NCBI RefSeq assembly: GCF_002113885.1
Contig: NW_018407152.1
Span: forward strand, 91,092 to 155,091
DNA: 64,000 nt
Origin: Mizuhopecten yessoensis
Taxonomy: Eukaryota
Direction of reading: 5' to 3'
This document shows, piece by piece, positions 40,301 to 53,482 of this stretch. Every line of letters begins with the position of its first letter. Positions within the stretch are counted from its first letter, which is position 1. The notes beneath the pieces are model-generated. The model worked only from the letters and a program-made list of their open reading frames with translations, was not told the origin of the DNA and made no database searches. The position numbers and the translations under genes were made by a program.

Positions 40301-43300
40301 ATTAGTCAGCACTTTAAACCTGTCATTTACTGCTTCATTTACTGCTTGTTTTCTTTTCTAATCTTTGACTTGTGATGCTAACCTTCTTGACATGGAATGC
40401 TAACCTCTTTTACTGGTAATACACATTCCCTGACAGGTGATGCCTACCTCAATGACAGGTGGTGCTCGCCTCCCTCACATGTGGTGCTTACCTCCCTGAC
40501 AGTTGATGCCTAACTTAATGACTGGTGGTGCTTGCCTCACTGACAGGTGGTGCTTACCTCACTTACAGGTGATGCCTGTATAACTCACTAACAGGTGATG
40601 TTTACCTCCCTAACAGGTGATGTTTACCTCCCTAACAGGTGATGCTTACCTCCCTAACAGGTGATGCTTGCCTCCCCGACAGGTGATTCTACCTTCCTGA
40701 CAGGTGGTGCTTACCTCCCTGACAGGTGGTGTTTACCTTCCTGACAGGTGATGCTTGCCTCCCTGACAGGTGGTGCTTACCTCCCTGACAGGTGATGCTT
40801 GCCTCCCTGACATGTGGTGCTTGCCTCCCTGACAGGTGGTGCTTACCTCCCTGATAGGTGATATTAATTAAAGTACCTCCCTGACAGGTGATGCTTGCCT
40901 TCCTGACAGGTGGTGCTTGCCTACCTGACAGTTGGTGCTTACCTCCCTGATAGGTGATATAAATTAAAGTACCTCCCTGGCAGTTGATGCCTTCCTCCCT
41001 GACAGGTTGTGCTTACCTCCCTGACAGGTGGTGCTTGCCTCCCTGACAGGTGGTGTTTACCTCCCTGACAGGTAATTCTTACCTCATTGACTTGTGATGC
41101 TTACCTCCCTTAATTGTGATGCTTACATCCCTGACTTGTGATGCTTACCTCCCTGACAGGTAATTCTTACCTCATTGACTTGTGATGCTTACCTCCCTGA
41201 CTTGTGATGCTTACCTCCCTTACCTCCTTGACTTGTGATGCTTACCTCCCTGACTTGTGATGCTTACCTCCCTGACTTGAGATGCCTGTATGAGGGTTGA
41301 TCAGATACCCATAACTGGAGCGATCCTCATGAAACATCACAGCATTGCATCTCCTAAATAAGGGCTGGTTTTCTGGCAAACCCAGCATTCTGTGGACCTC
41401 TGTCCGTCTTTGTACTGCCAAAGTAAAGGTCAGTTTAGTTCATGCCCTGGTGACAATAACACTGGCAGCAGTAGCTATTGTTGTTGCATCCTAGTTCATA
41501 TAGAAGGATAAGGAAAGTGTACACGTTTGTGAAAATCATGTAAGTTTTGTTTCTTTGGAGAAAACCTTGGTTGTCATTGATCAACAAGTAAAGAATAAAT
41601 AAGTAAACAATACAAACATAATCAAATTAAAAAATATATCTACAAATATTGTTATTAAGTTAAACATGTGGTTACCATCAGTTGGAATGATCAACAGATT
41701 CTATTGAACCTGTATATGTCCTGGTACTTAATATATCACCTGACTGTTCATCTGACATACTGCATGTGGGGTTCTTAACTGAACTTATGCCATACTATAC
41801 TAAACATATCACTTACCTAACTGTTCCTCTGTCATATTTTGTAAGTACACAACTGAGAATATGGCCTGTAGACCACCTGGCTGGAAGTGGTAGGGAACAG
41901 GTTTACTGAACTTCTCACTTTTTGCCTGAAACAGATTTTTTTTTGTAATTTTCATATTAATTTCCGCTTTATATGATTTCATTACAACTCAAGGTCAATT
42001 ATGATTCATTATATCAGAGACCTACCTCCTCAAATAGGGTTGTCAGTGACCTACAACTAGATAATCATTGATCTTCTCAAATAGGGTTGTCAGTGACCTA
42101 CAACTAGGCCATGAGTGACCTTCTTAAAAAGGTTAACGTTGACCTACAACTAGGCAAATCTGACTTACTTAAAAGGGTTATAAGTGACCTACAACTAGGC
42201 AATTAGTGACTTACTTAAAAGGGTTAGTAGTGACCTTCAACAAGGCCATGAGTGACCTTCTTAAAAAGGTTAACATTGACCTACAACTAGGCAATTGGTG
42301 ACTTACTTAAAAGGGTTAGTAGTGACCTACAACTAGGCCATGAGTGACCTTCTTAAAAAGGTTAACGTTGACCTACAACTAGGCAAATCTGACTTACTTA
42401 AAAGGGTTATAAGTGACCTACAACTAGGCAATTAGTGACTTACTTAAAAGGGTTATCAGTGACCTACAACTAAACTAGGCCATAAATGACCTACTTAAAA
42501 GGGTTATCAGTGACCTACAACTAGGCCATGAGTGACTTGCCATGAGTGACCTACTTTACAGGGTTAACAGTGACCTAAAACTAGGCAATAAGTGACCTAT
42601 TTAAAAGGGTTAAAAGTAACCTACAGCTAGGTTATAGTTGACTTACAACTGTGTCCTTTATGATACAGGCGGCCATGGCTGTGAGCTGGTGACACACAGC
42701 TGTACTGAGAACTGTGTGTAGATCTGTGACCGGTAAGTCTCTGCTGACCACTGCCACAGCATCCACAGGCAGGGTCATCTCAACGCTCTTATAGTTGCCT
42801 GGAAATACATATCATATTTGTTCAGTGGTCGCAAACAAACTTCTGTATATATTAACTTACCAACAACTTGGCAAAAATTACTGAATTATTCTCATGAAAG
42901 TTAATAATAAAAGACAGTTTTGAAATACCCAAAGTTTGAGAGTTACCGTGTTCTATAATGAAATCAGTTGAGTGATCGATATTGACCTGGTTATTAAACA
43001 AAGAAGCTGGCAGCACAGAATTTCATCAGAAGTAATGTTTCTTAAGTTGTATTTTTATACTAAGTGACCTTGTTTCTGACAAAAGAAATTCAAAAGGTGA
43101 ATTCATACATGATGCGATGTTTGTGTAGACATATACTGTATGAAATTAACAAGGAATATAGTTCTATTCAAATATACATGTAAATGCAGTAACAGTGACA
43201 TGAGTTGATGTTTGTGTAGACATATACTGTATGAAATTAACAAAGAATATAGTTCTATTTAAATATACATGTAGTAACAGTGACATGATTTGATGTTTGT

Positions 43301-46300
43301 GTAGACATATACTGTATGAAATTAACAAGGAATATAGATGTAGTAACAGTGACATGAGTTGATGTTTGCGTAGACAGATACTGTATGAAATTAACAAGGA
43401 ATATAGTTCTATTTAAATAAACATGTAGTAACAGTGACATGAGTCGATGTTTGTGTAGACATATACTGTATGAAATTAACAAAGAATATAGTTCTATTTA
43501 AATATACATGTAGTAACAGTGACATGAGTTGATGTTTGTGTAGACATATCGGAGGTTTGTGACAATCAAACAACACATGATGACTGTCGTAGTTTTGTGC
43601 ACTGTACACATATATATATATACAGGCAGATCCCTATCTACCCTCAACATCTCATTCACAGACTGTTGTAGTGTTGTGCACTGTACATATATATATACAG
43701 GCAAATCCCTATCTACCCTCAACATCTCATTCACAGACTGTTGTAGTGTTGTGCACTGTACATATATATATACAGGCAGATCCCTATCTACCCTCAACAT
43801 CTCATTCACAGACTGTTGTAGTGTTGTGCACTGTACATATATATATACAGGCAGATCCCTATCTACCCTCAACATCTCATTCACAGACTGTTGTAGTGTT
43901 GTGCACTGTACATATATATATACAGGCAGATCCCTATCTACCCTCAACATCTCATTCACAGACTGTTGTAGTGTTGTGCACTGTACATATATATATATAC
44001 AGGCAGATCCCTATCTACCCTCAACAACTCATTCCCAGACTGTTGTAGTGTTGTGCACTGTACATATATATATACAGACAGATCCCTATATACCCTCAAC
44101 AACTCATTCCCAGACTGTTGTAGTGTTGTGCACTGTACATATATATATACAGGCAGATCCCTATCTACCCTCAACAACTCATTCCCAGACTGTTGTAGTG
44201 GTGTGCACTGTACATATATATATATATACAGGCAGATCCTTATATACCCTCAACAACTCATTCCCATACTGTTGTAGTGTTGTGCACTGTACATATATAT
44301 ATACAGGCAGATCCCTATATACCCTCAACAACTCATTCCATAGTGTTGTAGTGTTGTGCACTGTACATATATATATATACAGACAAATCCCTATCTACCC
44401 TCAACAACTCATTCCCAGACTGGTGTAGTGTTGTACACTGTACATATATATATACAGGCAAATCCCTATCTGCCCTCAACAACTCATTTCCAGACTGTTG
44501 TAGTGTTATGCACTGTACATATATATATACAGGCAGATCCCTATAGACCCTCAACAACTCATTCCATAGTGTTGTAGCGTTGTGCACTGTACATATATAT
44601 ATATATATACAGGCAGATCCCTATATACCTTTAACAACTCATTCCCAGACTGTTGTAGTGTTGTACACTGTACATATATATATACAGACAAATCCCTATA
44701 TACCCTCAACAACCCACTTCCAGACTGTTGTAGTGTTGTGAACTGTACATATATATATACAGGCAGATCCCTATATACCCTCAACAACTCATTACCAGAC
44801 TGTTGTAGTGGTGTGCACAGTACATATATATATACATACAAATCCCTATCTACCCTCAACAACTCATTCCCAGACTGGTGTAGTGTTGTACACTGTACAT
44901 ATATATATACAGACAAATCCCTATCTACCCTCAACAACTCATTCCCAGACTGTTGTAGTGGTGTGCACAGTACATATATATATACAGACAAATCCCTATC
45001 TACCCTCAACAACTCATTCCCAGACTATTGTAGTGTTGTGCACTGTACATATATATATACAGACAAATCCCTATCTACCCTCAACAACTCATTCCCAGAC
45101 TGTTGTAGTGTTGTGCACTGTACATATATATATATATACAGGCAGATCCTTATATACCCTCAACAACTCATTCCCAGAGTGTTGTAGTGTTGTGAACTGT
45201 ACATATATATATATATACAGGCAGATCCCTATCTACCCTCAAAAACTCATTCCCAGAGTGAAGTAATCTTGGATTTGGTTTAATCACTTTGTATAAAGTT
45301 TGAGATGGAGTCAAGTCTTACCTAGTGAATGTTTTATGACGGGACAACACGATGGAACAGCATGAAATGAAGACTTTTTGTTTATCTGGTGATACATGGA
45401 GAACTGTAGTGTAGACTGGAAATAAATAAATATCCTGGTAAACAAGTATTATTACTGTTCTTACCCTGCAGTATAACGCTTCTTCCTTCACCAGAAATGT
45501 CAAAAAGCAACTGACTGAATAAACTGTAGCTCCTGTATTTATATACTATTCAAATTAAGTCCATAATTACAGAGACTTCTTGGTGTAAAAGTTCTTTTGA
45601 AAATCAGGCAGCTTTACTGAAGGTAAAATATGATGTTCATCAGGGATTTTGAAACAAAATATTTTGCAAATTGAAACAATAATAGAATACATGGTTATAA
45701 CTGTCTTAAAATATAATGTCTAGTTGTGCTTCAATTATAAAGATGAAGTTGCACCACTTTTTTTATCTATCCTTAGCCTTAACCAAATAAACCTTGTTTG
45801 TTATGATGCAATGTATTGACAACACATGCCCAGTATGCTTATTATGGTAATGATCAATCACATCAGATTAAACTGAAATAGATTATACTCAATTTCTCAT
45901 ATACATATACACAATGAATATAGACCTTATGTTTTTCGTTTTAGCTTAATGATAGAATGTTTGTTGTATATCAATTTATAATGCATTGTCTATAGATATG
46001 ACAGGCCATGACAACAATCAGAGAATGAGATGCGATCCATTACCAGTTGTTCCTTTTTTGACTTTCTGCCACCTTCACCGAACCCATCCCCAGTTTTGAT
46101 ATGGGAGTGGAGATCAGAACAGGAAGAATCTCGGGACAGACCACATAGCTGGTCTGATCCCACCAGGATGTCACTGTCTTTAAGATGATATAGCACACTC
46201 CTGGACTGTGATGCATTGCACAATTCATGTATTTCCTTCTGAAGATTTGCCTTCCATATATCTGAAATAACGAGAGACAATGGAGCCTGTATCACTGTAG

Positions 46301-49300
46301 TCACACGATACATTTAGGTTTACAACACTGGACCACTTTATGGCATTATTTGCCGTAAAGTGTCATCCAGGTCTTTGCCTATAATGAAAATAAGGTACAT
46401 TGTATGTGTGTAGGGTTTAATGTCATTATTGTGTATTATTGTATGATTGGCCTATTGGGGAGGATAAGGCATTTGTTTTTTTTATTAAAAGTTATAGAAG
46501 TGTGAGTAAATTTATTGTTTAATAACTAAATTCACTGTTATTTAATGGTGTTGACAAAATATAATTAAGGCTAATCTCAGCAAATTTAACAGATTATCTG
46601 ACAGTCATACAAAATTTCACCATTTATTAGACATTATATTAAACTGCCCTGCATTCCAGCAAGCTACAGGTCAAGAATCTGTACACCAAGCATTGTGGTT
46701 CTTCAGAAGAACAGCAATTTTCAACCCATTTGATTTTCGACCTTAAATAGGAGTCACTATCCCTCATGGTTCATGCGAAGTCATTTAAGACATTTGATAG
46801 TGACCATGAATGTATAGGTAAGTGATATTGAACACAATTGATAGCGCTCACCTCAGCAAGCTACATGTAAAATGTCATTGATTCAGGCCTCATGTAGCAT
46901 TAAAAGAATTTGAAATATTTCGACACAACTGATCACCCATGTGGTTTTCAATATAAGGTTATCAAACCCTGAATGTAAAACCAGGTCATTTGGTAGAACA
47001 CAATACATAGCCCTTCACCACAGTGAGATATATGGAAAATGCCATGACTCTAGGAACTATGGTTCTTGAGAAGTAGTCAGAAGATTTCAAAACAATTTGA
47101 CCCATGCACACTGGAATTAGTGTGAAGATATATTATTGAAATACATTTGATAGCCTAGCTGCCACCCTAAAACCTAAAGGAAAAAATGTCAAGGCCACAG
47201 TCTTTTGCATTTTAAGAAGTTGTTTAAAATGTTGAAGATTACTAGATGATGAATGCTGCATCATGGAGAAAGCCAACAGTCACTTTGTGTCCAGTGAGCA
47301 GCTGATATTTCAGTATAATTGTAATCATAACATCATCTACTAAAATTGTACAAAGTCAAACTTCAGGCTGTATTCTAAATGAATAAAAAAGTGTCCTTTT
47401 TAAATATCATCCAAATGTATACTGGTAATCTGAGAATCTCTAGACTTGAGCATGTTTCATGTTTCCCATACAACCTTCTGATAAAAAAAGTGGCAGTCAC
47501 ATCCTGCTACAGTGTACCAGCCTCACATATAACTACATATATAGGATGCCGGCTGTACCAGTATGGTGCCTTTTACAAATTGATTTCAGTCTCCTACTTC
47601 AAAATTTAGTAAAAACCATGACACAGATGGTTTTGTAACATAATTAATAATTCTTATATATATATCTCCTATTATTAAGCAATATGGCAGGTCATTTTTG
47701 TCATCATCTGCTGGTGATGCAGACATTTTTATTAGTTCCATCAAGATATCCCTACCAGTTAAACATTTACAAGCCTGGGCTAGATGTCACTGAAAAACAG
47801 GAGAGTCAGAGCCAAAAGAATAAGGACTATTACACATGTCTCACTTTGATTCAAATGGGAAATATAATAATCTACATGTATGGCTGTCTGACAAAATACC
47901 TACCAGCTTTTGTAACAAGTTCAAAACTCAAAGGAATGGGACATTTGATCCTAATAGTAAGGAGACTGTCTAGACTGCAGTCACGTGATATGCTGACCGT
48001 TGGTATGGTCAGTGTCTGTCCGTCTGTCCACAAATAAAAGTTCTCCTCAGCAACAGTGTCACACTCAATTCCAATGGGACATACCACCAAATCCTCTCCC
48101 TCCACCAGAATCTGGAAAGACAACGCATGATAAGCTTGTCAATTAACAGGACATCATGATACATACAAATTTACTTTTACAGTAAGCTTTACTTAGTTCA
48201 TACATAATCTAAATCTATTAATTCTAAAAAACATGACTAAAAATCCTTAAAAAACACCCTGTATAGCTATTAGTCTACAGTTATAAAATTTTAAAAAGGG
48301 ATGCCAAAAACAGCAAATTGTCATGAACAATTACGTACATTCATGATGATGAAGACGTTATGGTGTTAACCTTGAAACTGGAGTTTATAAAAAACATATT
48401 GTCAAAACGCCGTTTCACCCTATTTTCATAGGGCCTGTATCGCTCACCTGTTTCTTTTGTTACATGCAACTGACATATAGGTAACTTGAGACCAAATTTG
48501 GTAACTAGAACACAAGACATTTTAACATGTCTTAAACGGTTCTGAAGATATTGTTGTTTGAAACTTGAAATTTTAACTTTAAAGCTTTTAACCAATCTTG
48601 ACCTTTGACTTCCGACTTGCACTTAAAGTTGACCTTTGACCTCATTACTGTAATTGAGAAAAATATTTGAACTGGCTGGTCTACATAACATACCCAAGTA
48701 TCATGACTCTAGTCCAAATGGTTCTTAGGATATTGTTGTTTGAGGTTTTTAACATACTTGCCCCCAGTGACCTTCAAAGCAGGTCTAGGTCTTTTTAATG
48801 AGGAAACTTTATTGCACTACATCCCAGGTACTTACTGGCCAAATATATTGAACCTGGGCCTTATTGAACTTAAGAAGAAGATTGTTAAAGCTTTTAACCA
48901 AAGTTGACATTTGACCCCCGACTAGCATTTAAAGTTGACCTTTGACCTCATAACTGTAATTCAGAAATATATTTGCACTGCTGGTCTACATAACATACTT
49001 AAGTATCATGACTCTAGTTCAAATAGTTCTTAGGATATTGTTGTTTGAAATTTTTAACATATTTGACCCCTGTGACTATGAAAGTAGGTCAAGGTAATTT
49101 TAATGAGGAAAATTTATAGCACTACATCCCAGGTACCTACTGGCCAAATATCATGACCCTGGGCCTTATGCAACTTGAGAAGAAGATTGTTCAAGCTTTT
49201 AACCAAAATTGACATTTGACCCCCGACTACCATTTAAAGTTGACCTTTGAACTTTGACCATCATGACCCTAGGTCCTACAGTTCTTCTGAGGAAGTCGTT

Positions 49301-52300
49301 CAAAAGAAAAAGTTGATGGCCGGATGCCGCAGACTAAAAACAGTCAGGTACTGAATCTAATTCATATTATAGGACATGATGAAATTTGTGTTCCAGTACT
49401 GGAATTACTGGAAACTTTACCTCAATAGGATATGACAGTTATATATAATTACAAACCATCCAGAAAATAAAATAAATATCAAACTTACCTTTTCCAATCC
49501 AAAACTGCCCAAATCTCTGACAATACTGCTAGTGTCCGTAGCAACAGCATTTGAGTAAAACACACCAATAATATATATACCTGAAAATAACAACACAAAC
49601 AAATAGCTAACATGGAAATACAATGTCTGTAGCACACCTAGCCTGGGTATCTACCTATCTCTTGTTCCTATATCTTAGGTCTGTGGGTTGAAAACTATCC
49701 GGTGCTATCCAAATAGCAATGTGTAAGAATCATGGTTACAGCTGTGTTTATGTGTCCAGTATACATACACATTTTATTTAACAGAACATTATAATAATTT
49801 GTGCTGAATGCTTTTGCTTCATTGAAGCAATAATATGTGTTCAAAACATGAAAAGCTGTTAAGTTAAATGTTAAAGTGACTTTTCTGAGTGTAGGGGAAC
49901 AAATATCACAGCTGGTAGTGTGTCAGCTAACTGACTGGAAGTTTGAAGGTTTGTGATTACCCAAGGCAGCTAGATGTGCCATATTTCCTTGAGCAAGACA
50001 TTTTCTCCTTTGTTGCCCAAATCCAGATGCTTAGAGTGAAGTATAATTTGGTTTCTGAGTCCTCATTCTCTAAGTACATGTGGGACACAGACCATGATTT
50101 TTAAATTTAAGATAAATCAGGATACAATGGCCAAAATATTGTACTTTCGGGTGGGAATAAGAAAAGACAATTTTGATGTGGAAAATCATATTTTATGGTG
50201 GCTGAATGCAGATGACCAGTAAATGTGTTGGGACGAACGCAGACAGACTAATTTCCAATTTTCTTCAAATTAACTGAATCCTACATTAAATAAATTGCTT
50301 TGAGTACTCACAAACGATAGAATACTATGATCAGAACACAAAAAACAAGCCAAAAACCAAATCATTATTCTTTAAATGCAACAAAACAGAAATGTGTTGG
50401 GACGAATCGAGACAAAATTAAGTCACCATTTCAAGAATTTTTTGAATTATGAATTAAATTTATTTTATTTTAAAACTATGCAGTACAAGAATCTTCAATA
50501 AAATTGTCTTTTTTATCTCTTCAAATAGATTTCTTGGTTGCTGTAACAACATTTGCAATAATAATGGGTTATTGTGAATTTTAAATTATGAATTTTATAA
50601 TATTTGACTCTTATTGGCACCTTTATGAATAAAGACTCTTCTGTGCTTTAGTATTTAAGCGGTATGGCACTATAAACTAGCCATTTGAAATACTGACACA
50701 AGTTACAGAACACCTACCGGTATACAATATAGTATTCAAGCGGTAAATTATTGACACTATAAATGAGCCATTTAAAATACTGACACAAGATTCAAAACGC
50801 CTACTGGTATACATACTCCAGCACTCAAACACATAGCGAGGAACTATAAGGGATTCACTACCGTTATACTGCATCTGCTTTAAATTCCCCCGATATGTTG
50901 AACGTATATATATATCATCCCTTGAATGTTTAGTGCACTGAATATAATTTTATCTTGAGATGTTAATACCGTAACTCAGGAAGTAGTTAAACTTTTGTCA
51001 TTTTTGCCCTCCATAGTGACTGCAAATTTATCATGACAGCGAATATAACGTAAGTACACATCATACCCTATAGAAATTACATGCAAATGGCAAAACACTG
51101 GGCATTTATGGATTAAACGGCAAACGGCAATATGTGGTGACTGGGTGAAAATGTCCAGGTATACAGTAATTAATGGTACAAACCTCCTGGTAAATACTGC
51201 TTAATGTCGTTTGTGTTCCAGCCATCCTGACATTTTGCACATGCAACAACTTCATAGTTGCTACTATTTCTGTATCCGAGCAAGCATCCTTGAGTCTTCT
51301 GTTTTGAGCTACATATATTTGATAAGACCTTAAAAGTAAATACAGATTAATTTCATTGTAATCTCCATTGCCTTAAATTTGATACAGAGGATAATAACTT
51401 ATGGACAGAAAATCTTCGATTTTTCTGTTCCATTAATCAGATATATATACATTTTGTATGTGAAAGTGAGAAAGTGATTAGCTTTAAATAACATAAATGA
51501 CAAGGGCTAAACTCATTCACCCCTGAAGACGCATTTGAACTCTTCCAATTCAAAGGTTGGAATAGTTCATTATGAAACTTCAGGGGTGAATGAGTTAAAG
51601 ATAAGGAGTGACATTAAGAAGGTATATCATGCTTTCAAGAAAAGTTAGATACCAGTTATGTTTATACCAAGATTGTAATTATTTTTTCCTTTCATTTTCA
51701 AGGGTTTCAAGTGACGATTAAGGATAACGTTACTACAGTAGATACAATGATAGATCACTTATTAAAGGATAAGATAAACTGCAATGTTCAGGGTAAGGGT
51801 TAAGCTGCATATAACTGCAGATTTTATATGTTTAAATACATCTGAAATACCTTTATCTCCTTTTAATATTTTTATTTTTAGGTCACCTGAGACAAAGTCT
51901 CAAGTTTTGCAGAATCCTTCCATGGCCAAAGGTCAACCGAAATTGTGAATTATATGGTACCCAGCACCCAGGGGCAGGGCCAAAAAGGGTCAAATTGACT
52001 AAAATTTCAAAAATCTTCTCCTCAAGATCCAGATATGGTATAATCAAATACTCCTCATAGATGGAAGGGTCTTAAGGTGTTCTACCAAAATTGTGAATTT
52101 TATGACCCTAGGGATCTCACGTTTCCCCTTGGGGAAGGGGGGAAGGGGCAAAATTTATTATGGTTTATAATGGCAAATGATACTTTAAATATTACATGTT
52201 GATAACTTGATTGGAATTATAACCCTGAGTTGACAGTTTGATACTTTGAAAATTTTGAGCCAGCCCCTACCCCCAAGGGCTGTAGGGTGGGGCCCAAACG

Positions 52301-53009
52301 AGTCAGTGTGCTAACATTCTTTCATTTTTCTTGTTTAGAATCAGAGGTGTTAGTTTCAAATACTTTTCAGTCTTAAATCTGTATGCTTGATATTGAATAA
52401 GGTGGTTTTATTGTTTTTTGGCACTTTGAATAATATTTCTGTTCATGTTTTAAAATAAAAAAAATCAACTCTCTGTATAAATAGCAACAAATTAAAATAG
52501 GAAAACACTGGCATAATATTTTTGGCATACTATATACGGTATAAATGAATTAACTTCTATTGTTTATATAGATATGAATTATGATATAAAGTTACTCTTG
52601 TTTTGATATTTTTTTTAAAACTATAAGATGTTTTGGTAACATTGTATTTGGTTTGCATGGAAATTACGAAACGTTTGACTTTCTACAACCTACGCATCAT
52701 TCAGTAAACTTTAATTCATCTACAAATCAATGTCAACAAAACCCTTATCATCATCATGTGTTTTATGTATTTTAGGACCGGCGTCCTAAAATACATAATA
52801 ATGAGACTAGCACATGATAGATATGCTAATGAACGCATATGCTGTTTAAATTTGAGGACACAAAAAGACTATTTTGACTAAATCATCTCATTTTTCCTCG
52901 AAGTTTAACAACATGACAAGTTTGCGATATGTATAGGAACTAACATCACACAAATAAAGTAACATTTTACCGATAAAGCTTCGTGGTGTACCACGACTTT
53001 CTTCGCCAT
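37341..53009 (-). CDS. UFSP2: Ufm1-specific protease 2, 14 coding exons, ~598 aa
   Basis: complement join(52971..53009,51184..51328,49489..49580,47904..48111,46044..46261,45322..45415,42647..42798,41817..41925,41268..41414,40037..40215,39171..39269,38549..38651,38215..38339,37341..37427); phases consistent, 1797 nt. Peptidase C78 motifs [58 protein letters not shown]. Minus-strand AATAAA at 37204-37209. Confidence 0.96.
40420..41285 (-). repeat. 22-bp minisatellite built from the UFSP2 exon 9 donor junction (~39 units)
   Basis: Minus-strand unit ATCAC(AA/CT)GTCAGGGAG|GTAAGC; first unit is the true exon end. Confidence 0.92.
42018..42646 (-). repeat. ~46-bp minisatellite starting at the UFSP2 exon 7 donor (~13 units)
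   Basis: Plus-strand unit GACCTACAACTAGGCAATTAGTGACTTACTTAAAAGGGTTATCAGT, period 45-46. Confidence 0.9.
43110..43550. repeat. ~80-bp tandem repeat, ~5 copies
   Basis: GATGTTTGTGTAGACATATACTGTATGAAATTAACAAGGAATATAG... repeated. Confidence 0.9.
43582..45260. repeat. ~60-bp tandem repeat with variable (TA)n, ~27 copies
   Basis: ACTGTTGTAGTGTTGTGCACTGTAC(AT)nACAGGCAGATCCCTATCTACCCTCAACAACTCATTCCCAG. Confidence 0.95.
48430..49335 (-). mobile_element. Helentron/HINE copy, same family as 5306-6343
   Basis: gggcctgtatcgctcacctg at the left, repeated gttgacctttgacctcattactgta cores, reverse-complement similarity to the 5.3-kb copy. Confidence 0.75.
51875..52320 (+). mobile_element. Related HINE family fragment
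   Basis: TTTTTAGGTCACCTGAG start and repeated CCAAAATTGTGAATT..ATGACCC core. Confidence 0.5.
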
Positions 53010-53482
53010 ACTTAACGTACGTTCAACTTCCGGCATATGTGTCCTCGAGAAAAGTTCAATTTTCGTTTTAAATTATACCCCCACATTGTTACTTCTAATA
53101 ATTTATTTTTATATTCCTTTTAAATAAATAAATCTTGACGGTTTATCGAACGAAATAATGAAATATTGATAAATATTACAGAACTGGATAACAACTTCCG
53201 GTTAATCGACTTTCTACTTTCACTTTGTCAGAAACACGCTGTAAAACTTATAATTCATGAAAACGCTACTTCGTCAACGTTGGTAACCAAAACATAATTA
53301 TTTTCATGATCCTGTTGACAAATATTAGTTGTCTATTATTATTTAATTTGTATTATCTAATATTTGTTTGTCTGTCACGTGTGGTAGTGTTACATCTTTT
53401 CACCCGTAGGTCAACAAATGTAACGGTAGAAAACGTCCATTACTTATTTTTGAATTGTCCTTTATGTTTTAATAGCACCGAG
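53010..53482. promoter_or_regulatory. Bidirectional promoter region between UFSP2 and the J1-crystallin/SelJ-like gene
   Basis: Divergent ATGs 473 nt apart; two ETS-type ACTTCCGG motifs near 53027 and 53194; likely 5'-UTR intron (GTAACC at 53283, acceptor AG 53474-53475). Confidence 0.6.

Noticed and set aside
40420-45260. CRISPR-like appearance of regularly spaced repeats
   Set aside because: No unique spacers, no cas genes, spliceosomal eukaryotic context
43164-45266. Many Cys/Tyr-rich ORFs on both strands
   Set aside because: 60-80 bp intronic tandem repeats whose (TA)n length changes shift frame freely
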